From positions 1 to 64,000 of the forward strand of contig JBFMGU010000016.1 of the NCBI GenBank assembly GCA_040752415.1: a stretch of DNA of 64,000 bases, written 5' to 3'. The DNA comes from Myxococcota bacterium. Lineage in GTDB: Bacteria; Myxococcota; JACRCW01. A program made the position numbers and the translations under genes. Positions 28,545 to 41,400 of the stretch are shown here, in pieces; positions within the stretch are counted from its first letter, which is position 1; every line of letters starts with the position of its first letter. The notes below the pieces were generated by a model. That model saw only the letters and a program-made list of their open reading frames with translations. It had not been told where the DNA came from and did not search any database.

Positions 28545-29456
28545 TCAATCGATGGTGGTCTGGGTTTCCACCGCCACGGGTCCACCCTCCGGACCCGCAC
28601 CCGGCACCACGACGGCAAAACGGTGTCTGCCCAACAACGGCGCCTCCACCGTTTCTTCATTCAGCTCCAGCGCCACGTACCCCGCGGTCTGGACGTCAAA
28701 CCGCTTGTTCTGGCTGTCGACCAGGCGCCACCGCTCGCCGTCATGGAACTCGGCCCACGTGTGGTAGTTCTGGTTGCGACACGGCCCTTCACAGAAATAG
28801 CCGCTCACCCGTCGTGACGGGACACCCGCGGCGCGCGCCAACGCCACGAACAACGAGCTGTACTCCGAGCAATCACCGCTCTGGTTCTGCAGCGCGTAGA
28901 GCGCGCCCCGCTCCGTGGTGTCGTAACCGCCTTCCCGCACGTGCCCGGCCACGAACTCATGGATCGCGCGCGCCGTGGCGAGCACGTTGTCCTTCTTCAG
29001 CTCCTTGGCGCGTGCCACCACGTCGGGATGCGTGGCTTCCACGACGGGCGATGGCCGCAGGAAATCCTCCGCGTCAACGCTGGCAACCTGCGCCTCCGCC
29101 GCCTGCATGACGTCAAAGTCCACGCGAACCAGCTTGGTCCCGTACGGCGGCAGCTCGACGACAACCTGCGCCATGCCCTTCTGCAGCAGTGCGGGATGAC
29201 TGAATTCCACGGACTTGAGCGCCTGGTACGAGGTCTCCTGCACCGGCACGTAGACCCACAGCGAAGCGCCCGGGATGGGCGTCCCGGTGGTGTTGCGCAG
29301 GGTGTACGTGCTCCGCAGCTGGCGGAGCGTGGTGAACCCAGGCGGCACGTCGTCGAACGTGAACCGGGTGGCCGGCTCCGGGCGCGAGCATGCCACCGCC
29401 GTCACCAGTGGCAGCATCAACGACATGGCGTTCCGAAACATCAATTTCATCGTCAT
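28545..29456 (-). CDS. Transglutaminase-like (Cys-His-Asp) lipoprotein
   Basis: GDCSEYSSLFVALARAAGVPSRRVSG, YHTWAEF, WRLVDS; lipobox AVAC; ATG overlaps the RHS stop codon (TGATG at 29458-29454). Confidence 0.9.
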   Translation of the reverse strand: MTMKLMFRNAMSLMLPLVTAVACSRPEPATRFTFDDVPPGFTTLRQLRSTYTLRNTTGTPIPGASLWVYVPVQETSYQALKSVEFSHPALLQKGMAQVVVELPPYGTKLVRVDFDVMQAAEAQVASVDAEDFLRPSPVVEATHPDVVARAKELKKDNVLATARAIHEFVAGHVREGGYDTTERGALYALQNQSGDCSEYSSLFVALARAAGVPSRRVSGYFCEGPCRNQNYHTWAEFHDGERWRLVDSQNKRFDVQTAGYVALELNEETVEAPLLGRHRFAVVVPGAGPEGGPVAVETQTTID

Positions 29457-32400
29457 CAACCGCCCTTGTCGCAGCACTCGCCGGTCGGCTCGACGTCGCT
29501 GGTGCCGGGAATCTTGATGCAACCGAATCCGCCCGCGCTCAGACCGCCACCGCCCTCGTCGGGAATGAGGTCCGCGGAGCCTTCACACTCGATGTCTCCC
29601 TCGGTGTTGATGGTGCAGGAGCCACTGACCGGCCCCACCCCCGCGCCACCGCCGATCTTGCCGTTCCCGTCCGTGCAGATCTCACCTTTCACGCCGGCGG
29701 ACACGGCCTTGTACACGTCGCCCTTGACGCTTCCCTCGAGACATCCCGACGGCGTTCCCGTGCACGCGCCGGGTTTGCCACCACCAGGCTGGCCCTCGTA
29801 ACCCACCGAGGCACCCGTGGCGACGCCGATGCACAGCTTGAGGCTGTTCATCTTGATCTTGTGACCGTCGGACGTGCAGCACTCACTGGAGCCGCCGCAC
29901 AGCTTGCCGCCCAGTCCCGCGCCACCTTCCACGCAAAGCTCACCGCGCCCGTCGGGGTCGATGTAGCGGAACGGATTCTGGATGGCGTAGCCGTAGAGAT
30001 GGTTCGCGCCCTGCTGGGCTACGCCAACCTTGCGGACGCCGACGCGGTCCTGTTGCAGGTAACGACCGAGCTGCGGGTGGTAGTAGCGCTCGCGGTTGTA
30101 GTGGAGGCCGGTTTCCACGTCGTAGTACTGGCCCGGCAAGCGCCAGTGGTTGGTGACGGTGGTGCTGTCTCCGTCGGGATCCTCGTTGACGCTGGCCACG
30201 CCGAACGCATCCGGGTCGGCACTCCACACCACCTGGCCGCTGGCGCTCAGCACGCGACGTGGCTTGCCGCTGAGGTCGTTGACGTAGAAGTACAGCGCGC
30301 CGCCCTGACGCTGAAAGGTGGGCAACCGGCTTTCCGCGTCGCCACGACGGAAATGCGGTGAGTACCCGTAGCTCACCAGCTCCGTGCCGTTGGCGTCGTA
30401 CTCCGCGAGCAATCCGCCCTGACCCCAGAGGTAGTACGTGGTGACGCCGCCCACGGTCTTGGACACGCGGTGGCCCATGTGGTCATACGCGTACTGCGCC
30501 ACGGTGGCGCCGGTGTCGTCGCGGACCTCCGAGAGCCAGCCTTCCACGTCGTAGAGGAGCTGCAGCAGCACCGCGCCGTTCTGACGAATGAACGTCACCG
30601 AGCCGTTGTCGTCGTAGGTGAACGTGAGCTCGCCCGCTGCCGTCAGGCGCCCGTCGACGTAGGTGTACGTGGCGGCGGGATTGGAGGTGCTCTGCCGGTC
30701 GCCGGGGTTGGACGTGTACGTGTACGCGTCGTCGAGCTGCGGGTCCGGACGGTCCACCAGGGTCACGCGGTCCAGCGCGTCGTACGTGACATTGGTGAGT
30801 GTGCCGTTCTCGGTGAGGACGGTGGGATTGCCCACGCGGTCAAACCCGCGGGACTCCGACCAGACTCCAACGGTGTTGACGGTGACGTCGCGTTGGTTGG
30901 CGCGCATCAGGAAGTCATACGAGGAGCCGACGAGGACACCGTTGCCCAGGTCCATCATCCCCGGCCGCTTCCACGTGAACGCGCCCCAGGTGACGGGTCC
31001 ATGGCCCGGAACGTTCATCCCGGTGACCTCGCCCATGGCGTTGTACGTGTACGTCAGCAGGCGGCCCTCTCCGTCGGTGACGGTCTCCAGCAGGTCGTTC
31101 TCGTAATAGGTGTAGCTGGTGGTCCTGGAGAACGTGCCGAAGTTGTACGTGATGGACGTGATGCGGTTCAGGCGGTCGTGGTCGTAGGTGACCAGGACGG
31201 TGCCGTTGTCGACGGTGGCGAGGCGACCCATGGCGTCATAGGTCTGCTGCACCACGCGTGACGGCGTGGCCGCGCCGACGTCGTAGTACTCAACGCGTTC
31301 CGCGAGCGTGTTGGAGCCGTAGAAGAGCTGCTGGCGCTGTCCCTTGGCGTCGGTGATGGATGCGAGTCGGCCCGCGGCGTCGTAGGTGTACGAGAGGGTC
31401 TGGCCACCAGGACGGTGCTCCGCCTTGAGTTGGCTGTTGTCGTAGTAGTCGTAGCGGACCACTTCCTGCGTGAAGTTTGTGCCCGTGAGGATGCGTCGCA
31501 GGTTGGTGCGGGCGTCGTACTCGTACTTGTACATCTCGTTGACCACGCCGTCCTTCTCGACGGAGAGCGTCACCACGCGGTCCAGCGCGTCATACGTGGT
31601 GCGACGGATGCGCCCCTCGCCGTCACGACGTGCAATCTGGCGTCCGCGCGAGTCATGGGTGAGCTCCACGGTGCTGCCGTAGATGTCGGTCACCGTCTTG
31701 ACGCGGCCCTCGCGTGTGTACGTGAAATCAAACGTGCCACCGCGCGGCGTGCGGATGCGGGAGACCAGGTAGTTGGCGCCGCTGCACGCGCTGCATTCAC
31801 CCTTGCAGGCTTCGTTGTACGTGTACTCGTACCGGTTGCCCGCGGCGTCCTCGCGCCAGGCGAGACGACGATCCGACGTCCACGACTGCGTGTATCCCTG
31901 TCCCAGCTCGTCGTGGAAGCCCACACGACGGCCGAAGTTGTTGAAGTCGTAGACCACGGAGTTGCTGTTCTCCTCGGTGCTGCGCGTCCACGAGACCAGT
32001 CGACGTCCCAGCCACCAGGTGTACTGCTCGGTGCGCTTGAGCGTGGAGTCGTCGGGAAGCATGACGTGCTCCACCACGTTGCCCAGCCCGTCGTACTGCG
32101 TGCGGGAGTAGCGGCCGCTGACGCCCGGCACGCGCACCTCCAGCTCCCGACCCGCGGGATCCAGGATGGCGACGATGCTGTCTCCGCCGCGCGTCACCGT
32201 GAGCTCGGTGTTTCCGTCGGGGAGGTCCACCCAGTTGAACGTGGTGGTCATGGTCTGCGTGGCATCCAAGCGCTCCACGCGCTGCGACACGCGCCCGTCG
32301 CTGTTGTAGCTGAAGGCCACCGTGGGCATCCCGGGTGCGTCGCCGGGGTAGTAGACGCCGGTGCGGTTGCCGCGGTTGTCGTAGGTGTACTCCACGCGCA

Positions 32401-35400
32401 GCTCGTCCGGCGTACCTGCGGCCTGGATGAATGCGGTGACGTTGCCGCGCTCGTCGTATTCCATGCGCGTGGCGCTGCCGTCGGGATGGATGACTGCTTC
32501 CACCTCCGACCAGTCCGGGTGCAGCGCGGGGTCGGTGTAGACGTAGCGGGTGGTGTTGCCTTCCTCGTCGGTGACGGACACCACGCGGCCCTGGATGTCG
32601 TACTCCCAGACCTTGGTGCTGCCGTCGCGCTCGGTGGCGGTCTTCTTGCGCACGCCGCCCGAGGAGAAGCGCTCATAGGTGTAGCGCGTGCGCAGGCCCT
32701 CGGGTCCGTAGAGGGCGATGATGTCGCCGTCCTTGTCGGTGATGGTCTCGTAGTAGACGCCGTCGGAAGCGGTCACCACCTGGCGCACGCCACCCTCGCT
32801 GAGCGGCTGCGTGAGGTACTCCTTGGTGATGATGTCCTCGCCATTGGGGCCGAGCACGCGCACCATGCCGACGGTGCGATTTGCCGCGCCCTCCCCGCCC
32901 GACGAGTAATCAATGCGCGTGGTGACGCCGGCGGGGTCCGTCTTGGAGACCACGTTGCCGTTGGCGTAGCCGTACGTGGTGTTTCCACCAATGAAGTTGA
33001 CGACGGAGGTGAGGTCCTCGCCGTCGTACGTATACTCCGCGTCGCGACCGCGGTCGTCGACGACACGTTGCGCCTTGCGCTCGTTGCCCTGGTAGATGAA
33101 GTGCAGGAAGCGACCCGGGCTGCTGACGCTGCGAACGTAGGAGAGACGTCCGCTCCCGTCGTACTCGAGCGTGGCGCTGTTCATGTTGCGGTCACCCAGC
33201 TCGACGAGGCGGCCGCTCCCGTCGAACTTCCGCCAATCGCCACCGACGGTGCGGAGCAGGTCAGTGCCGTCGGAGAGCCGCTCGATGCGGTCCTTGCTGT
33301 GCCCGCTGGGCGTCCGCAGGACGGAGCTGTTGTTGAGCTCAAAGACCTTGCTGTGGCCCATGTCAAACAGGCGCAACACGTTGGGCTGGTCGTAGACGAC
33401 CTCGGAGGATGCCAGCTTGCACGGCGTCAGCCCGCTCGTGGTGGATCCTCCCACGCTGCCTCCGCCACCTCCGCCCGGCCCGCCTGCGCTTCCGCCGCTG
33501 CTGCCTCCACCATCTCCCCCGACGCGCGGGGCACCATGGTTGAGGACCACACAGCGGACGTTGCGCGTGATGCGCGCGCGTTCCGCCGAATCCATGTTCT
33601 CCGCGCGCAGGCGCGCCGAGTACGGCGTGAACCAGTTGCGCCCGAGGAAGAACACGTCTTGCGGCCACTGCGCCTGGTTGCGCTGGTTGGGCGTGAGGTA
33701 CTGCCGTTGGACCTGCAGGTCCTGGCCATGGGTCTCCACGACGATGTCCGTGGCGTCGAACGAGTAGCTGCCGCTGCCGAGCGACACGAAGGACTGGCTG
33801 CAATCCTTGAGGTCGGGCGGGTCGGGAATCTCGTACGGACAGCCGTCCACCTCGAGGTCGATGCGCGGGATGAGCGGCGGGATCCAACCACCGCTGCTGC
33901 TGCCAATGGGACCACCGCCCCACCCGCAGAACCCGATGCATCCGTCGATGATGTCGATGCGCGGACGACCACCACCGGGCCGCGGCGGGCTTCCGCAGGT
34001 ACCCGAGGTGACGTAGCTGCTGCGCAGGCCGTACTTGTACTGCCAGTCCCCGTCGACGCAGACGAGGTAGCGATACAGGAACGTGTATTCCGTGGTGGTG
34101 CAACCCGCCGCGCCGCTGCCCTCCTCGTCGAGGAAATTGCGGAGCGCGGTGATGCGGAACGGAACCACGATCTGCTGACGCGCCTCCAGCGTCGTGGGCA
34201 GCTCGCCGAGGATTTCGTACAGGCGGTACTCGTCGGACTGCGGGATGGCCAGGCTGAGGTCCTCGGCGCGCAACAGGCCGTGGTTCTCGATGACGAACTC
34301 GCCCTGGTAGACGTCGCCGGCGCGCATGTCGTGCGGGAGGTTGATGGCGCCGGGCTCCATGGTCACCACCGGCACGGGCACGTTGGTGAGGAAGGTGGTC
34401 TCGATCTTGATCTCGTAGTGATCCTCGATCGTCGTCGGCGTGACGCTCCAGCTCACCGACACCGTGGCCGCTTCCAGCCACACGCTCTTCGTCGCCGTGA
34501 CGGCGGGCGCAATGCGGATGACGCCGGTGGCGGTGTCATGTCCCGGCGCGCTGATACGGTAGTTGTAGGTGCCGGCCGGAACACCGTTGAAGTACGCGAT
34601 GCCCTGGTGATCGTTGCCGGTGTTCATCGAGTAGAGCCGGCTGGCGATGGTGGCGTGCTGCAAGCGCACTTCCGCGTTGTCGACGCCGTTGTTGAGCTCG
34701 TTGGTGCCCTCGATGGTGGTCCCGGTGAACAGGTCCACCACGTGGAACTCCGCGTTGCCCACCTCCGACGACGTCACCAGCCCCACCACCTGGTACCGGC
34801 GCTCCGGGTAGTTGTCGCCGCGGACCCGGAGCACGTACTCGTAGAAGCCGTCTTCCAGGCCGGTGAGCGGGGGACGGAAGTTGATGCCCGCGGAAGCCTG
34901 CTCTCCGACGGGGAGGTCGCCCAGGCTCGTCGGGGTGGACAGCGTGATCCAGCTGCGGACCGGTTCACCCGCCAGCGGCTCGAGGGAGACGGTGAGGTTG
35001 CGCAGCGTCTCGTAGCCGTTGTTGGTCATGCGCACGAATTCCGTCGTGGGCTCGCCGCGCACCAGGCCAACTTCCAGGAAGCTGGGCGAGAACGCGAGGC
35101 TGGGCACGCCGTCAAACAGCGTGAGGTCCAGCCGGGTCTGGCCCACTTCCACGTCGCCACCGCCAAGGTCCGCGAGGACACGCAGCTGGATTTCCGCCCG
35201 GCTGGGCGCGTTCACGTCGGCCAGCACGGTGAGGGGCAGGTAGACCAGCGCGCCACCGTCGACGGAAGGCAGCGGGTCGGGCAGGGTCAGCGTGACGCCC
35301 GTGACCGGCTGGCCACGACTGACGTCGGTGATGCCCACCAGCTCCACGCGCACGTTGGACACCGGCGCCTGGCCCAGGTTGTGCGCGCGCAACTCGAGGG

Positions 35401-38400
35401 TGAGCGGCTCCGCTCGACGGACGGACACCCGCGCGAAGCTCGGCTGCACCTCCACGTGCGCCACGTTGAACGTCGCCATGGTGGGCCGGTCGGTGAACTC
35501 CGGGTAGCCCGCCCAGAACACGAACGTGCCCGCATCCGACGGGTTGGGAGTGAACGACACCTCGAACCTGCCGTTGATGTCGCTCATGGCGTTGACGGTG
35601 GTGATGCGACCGCGAACAGAGAGCCACACGCGGACCGGCTGGTACGGCGCGGGCGCTCCGGCGTTGCGGGTGCTGGTGATGGTGCCGCGGATGAGCACCG
35701 TCTCGCCGGAGCGGAAAGTGCCCCTAGGCGCGATTCCCAACGTGGCGTCCGGCTCGCCCACGACGTCGATCGTCGCGCGGTAGGGAACCTCTTGCAGGCT
35801 GCTGCGCACCGTGGAGGTCATCCCGCGCGCTTCCACCTGCCGCGAGGTCCCGAAGAAGCGCACGATGCGGTCCACGGTCACCTGCACGTCAACCTCGTCG
35901 GCGGTGACGTTGGCGAGCGGGAACTCGATGATGTCGCTCTCGAAGCGGCCGCCGGGGGGAAGACGCAGCACGGTGTAGCCGTTGGGCAGGGCCACCACGC
36001 CGTTCACCGTACGCGCGTACGTGGCGGTGGTGATGACGTTCTGGTCGGGGTCGCGCACCGTGACGTGGATGTCCGGTGAGGGACCGCCGCCTGGCGCGGC
36101 CATGATGACTTCCGCCTCTTCACGCGTGGGGTTCTGCAGCACGAAGCGGATGCGTCCCAGCCCGCTGCGCGTCATCTCCTCGGTGTAGATCTCCAGCCCC
36201 AGCGCTGTGTCGCCGACGGAAAGGCTGCCGCTACCGACGAGCTCGATGCGCGTTCCCGGCACCGGCTCAGAGACCAGCAGCGAGGAGAAGTTGATGACAT
36301 CGGGCAGGTTGCCTTCACCGCCCACGAACACGTCGAGGGTCCGCGTCTCACCCGGGTTGAGCGTGACGCCAGTGGAACGGTACGTGCGGCTCAAGTAGCC
36401 CAGCTCGACGTAGGAGACGTTCACCGTCCACTGCGAGCGCGAGGTGAGCGTGACCGGCACGCGGTTGATGGCGCCGCGATAGATGCGCATCTCCGGCTGG
36501 AACGACATGACGACGTCGGGAAGACGAACGGTGCGGGCCACGCTTTCCTGCTCGTCGGTGTTGACCTTGGTGACCTCGTATTCGCGGTCGCCGCCGGACC
36601 AGGTGACGTCGGTGAAGGAGGTTCCGGTGATGAGCCCACTGCCCAGCTGCACACGTTCCGGCGACGCCGAGCGGTAGACGCGGTAGCCCGCGAGGTCGCC
36701 GCCCGACGAGGGCCAGCTGAGCTGCGGCGAGCCATTCTCGGGCAACCGCACCGTCAGGCCGGACACCGGCAGGAGCGAGAAGTCCAGGTACTGTGAGATG
36801 GACGGCGCGCTCTCGTTGCCCGCGGCATCCACCGCGGTCACGGCGTAGAAGTGGTCATTGATGGAGGGCTGACGGTCCAGCGCCTCCGTCGTGGGAATGT
36901 CTGAGTCCACCAGCGTGGCGTTCACCACGTCGTCAATCGGGTTGTCACGACGGTAGAACCGATACGTCGAGGGGGTTTCGCCATTCGGCCGCTGCCAGGT
37001 GGCGTAGATGCCGTTGCCGACGAGCTGCAGCGTGAGCCCCGACGGCGGATTGGGCGGTACCCGGTCCACCTGCGCTGTGCGCGACACACTCGGCGAGCTG
37101 ACGCGCTCGAGGCCATTGGCTCGGCGGACCGACGCCACCGCGTACTCGTAGGTACCGTCGACGGCGGGGGTCTCCGCGTACGTGGTCGCGGCCACCTCAC
37201 CGGGCAGCTCGGTGAGCGAGGGCTCGCCGGGAGCCTTGCGGTAGATGCGATACCCCGCCGCGTTGTTCACCGCGAACCACGTCAGCTCGACGCCACCGGC
37301 GGGCAGCGCACGCGCGGTGAAACCCTGCGGACTGGCCAGCGGGGGAAGCTCACCCTGGAACACCTCGAACTGGTAGGTGCCGTTGATGACGGTGCTGACG
37401 TTGCCCAGGTCATCCGAAGCCGACCAACCAAACACCAGCTGCTCCGCGCCGTTCTCGCCCGCCGTCGACGGGAGCGTGACGCTGGCGGTGTAATGCAGCG
37501 CGTCCACCGTGGTGAGCGCGGCGTTGGTGGGAGCGCCGTTGCCAATGCGCCAGCTCAACGACGGCGCGGTGCTACCGGTGGCCGCATCCGTCAGCGTCAG
37601 GGCCACCTGGACGGTGAGCGGGTTCTGCGCGTCGTTCCGCAGCGGCGGGTTCTGATCGAGCACCAACGACGCCACTGCCGGGCCTTGCGTGTCCACGACG
37701 TAATCGAACGGCGGATTCTGCGCGTCCACCTCGGTGCCGCGGTTGCCGGCCAGGTCGCGTCCGGAGAAGTTGATGAACAGGGGTCCCGACGAGGACGCGG
37801 TGCCCAGCGTGAAGAACCCGACGTAGGTGGTCTCCGTCTGACGGCTCAGCGTGGTGTTGACCGGCGTCCCGCCCGGCGTCACGAACGTGAGGAACGGCGT
37901 GCCCTGCAGGGCCTCACTGACAGTGATGCTGACGCCCACCTCACCCACACCCAGACGACGACCGACAGCGTCATACGCTCCACGCGGCGTGAGCGTGATG
38001 ACACTCAGACGCGGCGGCGTCCCGTCGGAGCGGGCGGAGGCAGCGGTGGACGGGGGACTCTCGTTCCCGCTGGCATCCACCGACGTCACCACCCAGTAGT
38101 AGGTGCCATCCGTCGTCGGACGGTCGCGGTAGGAGGGGCTGGTGACGGGCTGGTTGGTGACGCGCATCTGCGGCGTGGGCGCGGTGATGGGCGCCACGTC
38201 GCGGTACACGTGGTACCCGGCGGGCGTCTCACCCGAGAGCGGTCCACGCCACGTCAACGCCACGCGACCGTCGGCCTCCGCCGTCGCCGTCAACATGCCC
38301 GGTGCTTGCGGCGCCTCGGTGTCACGGATGGCCCGGATGGCGGCGGAGACGGGACTGGTACCCGCGCGGTTCTGCGCCGTGGCGGAAAGGGTGTTGCTGC

Positions 38401-41400
38401 CTTCGCGCAGCGAGACGTTGTCGACGGTGAACACGCCATCGACCGACGGCGCCGTTCCCGCGACCTGGCCGTTGAGCAGCACGGTCACCGTCGTGCCCAC
38501 CTCGGCGGAGCCCGTGACACTAATGGGGTCCGCGGTCAGGAAGATCTGTCCGTCATACGGCGCGTTGAATGACGGTGGCGACGGAGAGCGCAGCCGGACC
38601 TCGATGGTGAACACCTGCTCCGCAACGTTCCCGGGAGCGTCGAACACGCGGAACAACAGCGCGTGCGGACCATCCGCCACGGAAGAAGGCTCCACCGTGC
38701 CAGCAAACGGCGGCGTCGGGTCGACGTCCATGGGCAGCCCATCCAGCAGGAACTCCGTGCGCCCGAGTCCGGAGTTGTCAAACGCATCCAGCGCCACGGT
38801 GGACGCGGCCTCCACCAGCGCACCGTCGACGAGCGGCTGGCCATTGAGGCGGAAGTTGCTGGTGGTGGGCGGTGTGATGTCGCCGCGCGGCGTGACCTGG
38901 ATGGTGGTCACCTGCTTGTTTTCACCGCCGGAAACGTTCACCGCCGTCACCGCCACAAAGTACGTGGTCCCGTTCTGCATTCCCCCGACGATGACGTTGT
39001 TGGTGGAGACCACGTTGTCGACCGCGGGCGACATCGCGGTGACGTCGGTGAAGTCCACCGTGTCGCGGTAGATGCGGTACTTCGAGACCAGCGTGTTGTC
39101 CCCCACCGGCGTCCAGGAGAGGAATGCCCGCAGATCGTCAGGCGTGGCGCGCACGTCGCTGGGGTTGTTGAGCAGCGTGACGCCGTTGATGGTGACGCCG
39201 GTGCTGACGTTGGCGGGGTCACGGTTGTCGACCGTCTGCACGCGGATGGTGTGACGCGCATGCGACGCCAGTCCGGTGGCCTGGTAGGTCAGCGTGGCCG
39301 GGCCCACGTCGGACGGCGTGCCGCCGTTGATGCTCACGCGGTAAACGGCCAGGTCGCCGCGACGGTTCAGGCTCGCGTTCCACGCGATATCCAGCGTATC
39401 CGTCCCCACCGACGTCACGCGCAGGCCGGTGACCTCCTCGGGCGCCACGGTGTCACGGGGGATGCCGGACACCACGTTCTGCGGAGACACCACCGTGCGG
39501 TACGCACCTTCACGACTCACCGCGACCACGGCGAGATACACGACCTGGTCGGGAACCAGCCCGGTCACCGTCACACTCTTCTGGCCCGCGCCGGGCGTGG
39601 CCTTCACGGTTGCGTCGGCAACGTTGGTGAACGGCGCACTGGCGGCGTAGACGCGGTAGTAGCCCACGTTCCCGTGTCCCTGCGTCTGCTCGTCGTACGC
39701 GTTCCAGCTGAGCTGCACGGTGGTGCCGTCGCCGTTCTCGTTGAGGACGGGCGTGACCTCGTCGGGCATGAACGTGGGACGGGAGAAGACGCGCACCGGC
39801 GCGCTGATGTTCCCGTCGGCATCCCGCACCGCCACACCGAACTCGTACAACTGGCCCGCGGTCAGCCCGCCGACCTCGAGGCTGCCCTGCGTGCGGCTCA
39901 GGCCCAGCACGAAAGGCGTCTGCGAGAAGTCGGTGATGGCGTCGGGTGCGTAATAGACCACGTACGCGTTGAAGTCCGGGTCGGTGACGATGTTCCACGT
40001 CAACCGCACCTTCTCGACATCCGCGTGCGCCTGCACGCCCGTGAGCGTGCTGGGCTGCAGGATGTCCGCGGGGATCGCGGCGGCGGTGACCACGTCGTCA
40101 AGCTCGTTTCCGCGCCAGTCCACGGCGGTCACCGCCACGTAGACGGGAACGCCGTTCTGCAACCCGGTGAGACGGAAGCTGGTGGCGCCGGACACCGCGG
40201 CAACCGGCGTGAGCGCAGCGACGGAGGTGTAGTCGGAGAGCTGGTAGTAGACGTTGTAGTGGTCCAACCCCAGGTCCATGCTCGGCTGCCAGGAGAGGTC
40301 CAGGAACGTGTCTCCCACGACGAGCGTGAGCCCCAGCACCGGGTCCGGCGGCACCGCGTCCAGCGAGGGCGTGGCGGTGACCTCGACGGACGGCGCGCTC
40401 AACAGGCCCTGCGTGTCGACGGTCACCACCCGGTACGCGTAGGTGACGTCGTTGGTGAGCCCCGCGTTGCGATGGCTGGTACCCGTGAGGTTGCTGGCCA
40501 CGGTCACCCATCCGCCGCTCGGCATGACCCGTCGCTCCACGCGGTAGGTGGCGCGGTCACAATGCGTGGCGTGCGTCCAGGACACGGTGGCCTCGGAGTC
40601 ACCCGCGACGACGCTGACATTGGTCACGGCGTCCGGCGGTCCCGCCTGCGGCACGCGGATGCTGCGCTCGTCGACGGTGGCGCTCTCATTGCCGGCCTTG
40701 TCCACCGCACTCACCGACGTGAAATACGTCTGGCAGTCGACCAGCCCCGTGACATCCGCCTCGTTGGTGTTCCCGGCTTCCAGCACCTGCGTGTAGCTGT
40801 GTGAGACGGTGCCGGTGTGCACGCGGTAGCGGTCCACGTCGGGCTGCGGCGCCAGCACCCAGCGGACGCGGTAGCCCCCGTCGATGCCGGTCACCGTGGA
40901 GATGTTGACGCTGCTGGGCGGGTTGAGGTCCGCGGGGAAGTTCACCGTGACGGAGCTGCCGAGCGCCACACCGTCCACCTCCGCCGTCACCGTCGCCACG
41001 GCGGGAGAAGCCGGTGCCTGCAGGCGTTGCTGGTACTGGCCCAGCCCGGTGTACGCGGGGACACTGAGGAGCGTGCCGAAGTCGGTGGTGAACACCACGT
41101 TGTGGCCTGGCCCCACGAAGTTCCCGTAGGCGTCGCGCAGCACCACGTAGATGGTTGTCTCGCTGGTGCCGTCGGCGGGGATGGAGGGGTTGGTGGCGGC
41201 GAACACCGCCTGCCCGAGGTCGGGGGCGGCGGGATCCACGTCCACCTGGGTGCTGCCGCGCAGGTCGGGATTCACCGTGTCCACGACGGAAATCACGATG
41301 CTCCCCGCCTGCAGCAGCGAGAGCCCGGTGAACGTCTTCTGGCCCAGGTCCTCCGGCGCGAACGCGGTGTCCGCGGGCAACGTGGCGTCCGGGTCCGTCG

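Noticed and set aside
29400..29460. Hidden small immunity gene after the RHS toxin
   Set aside because: There is no space: the transglutaminase start overlaps the RHS stop codon.
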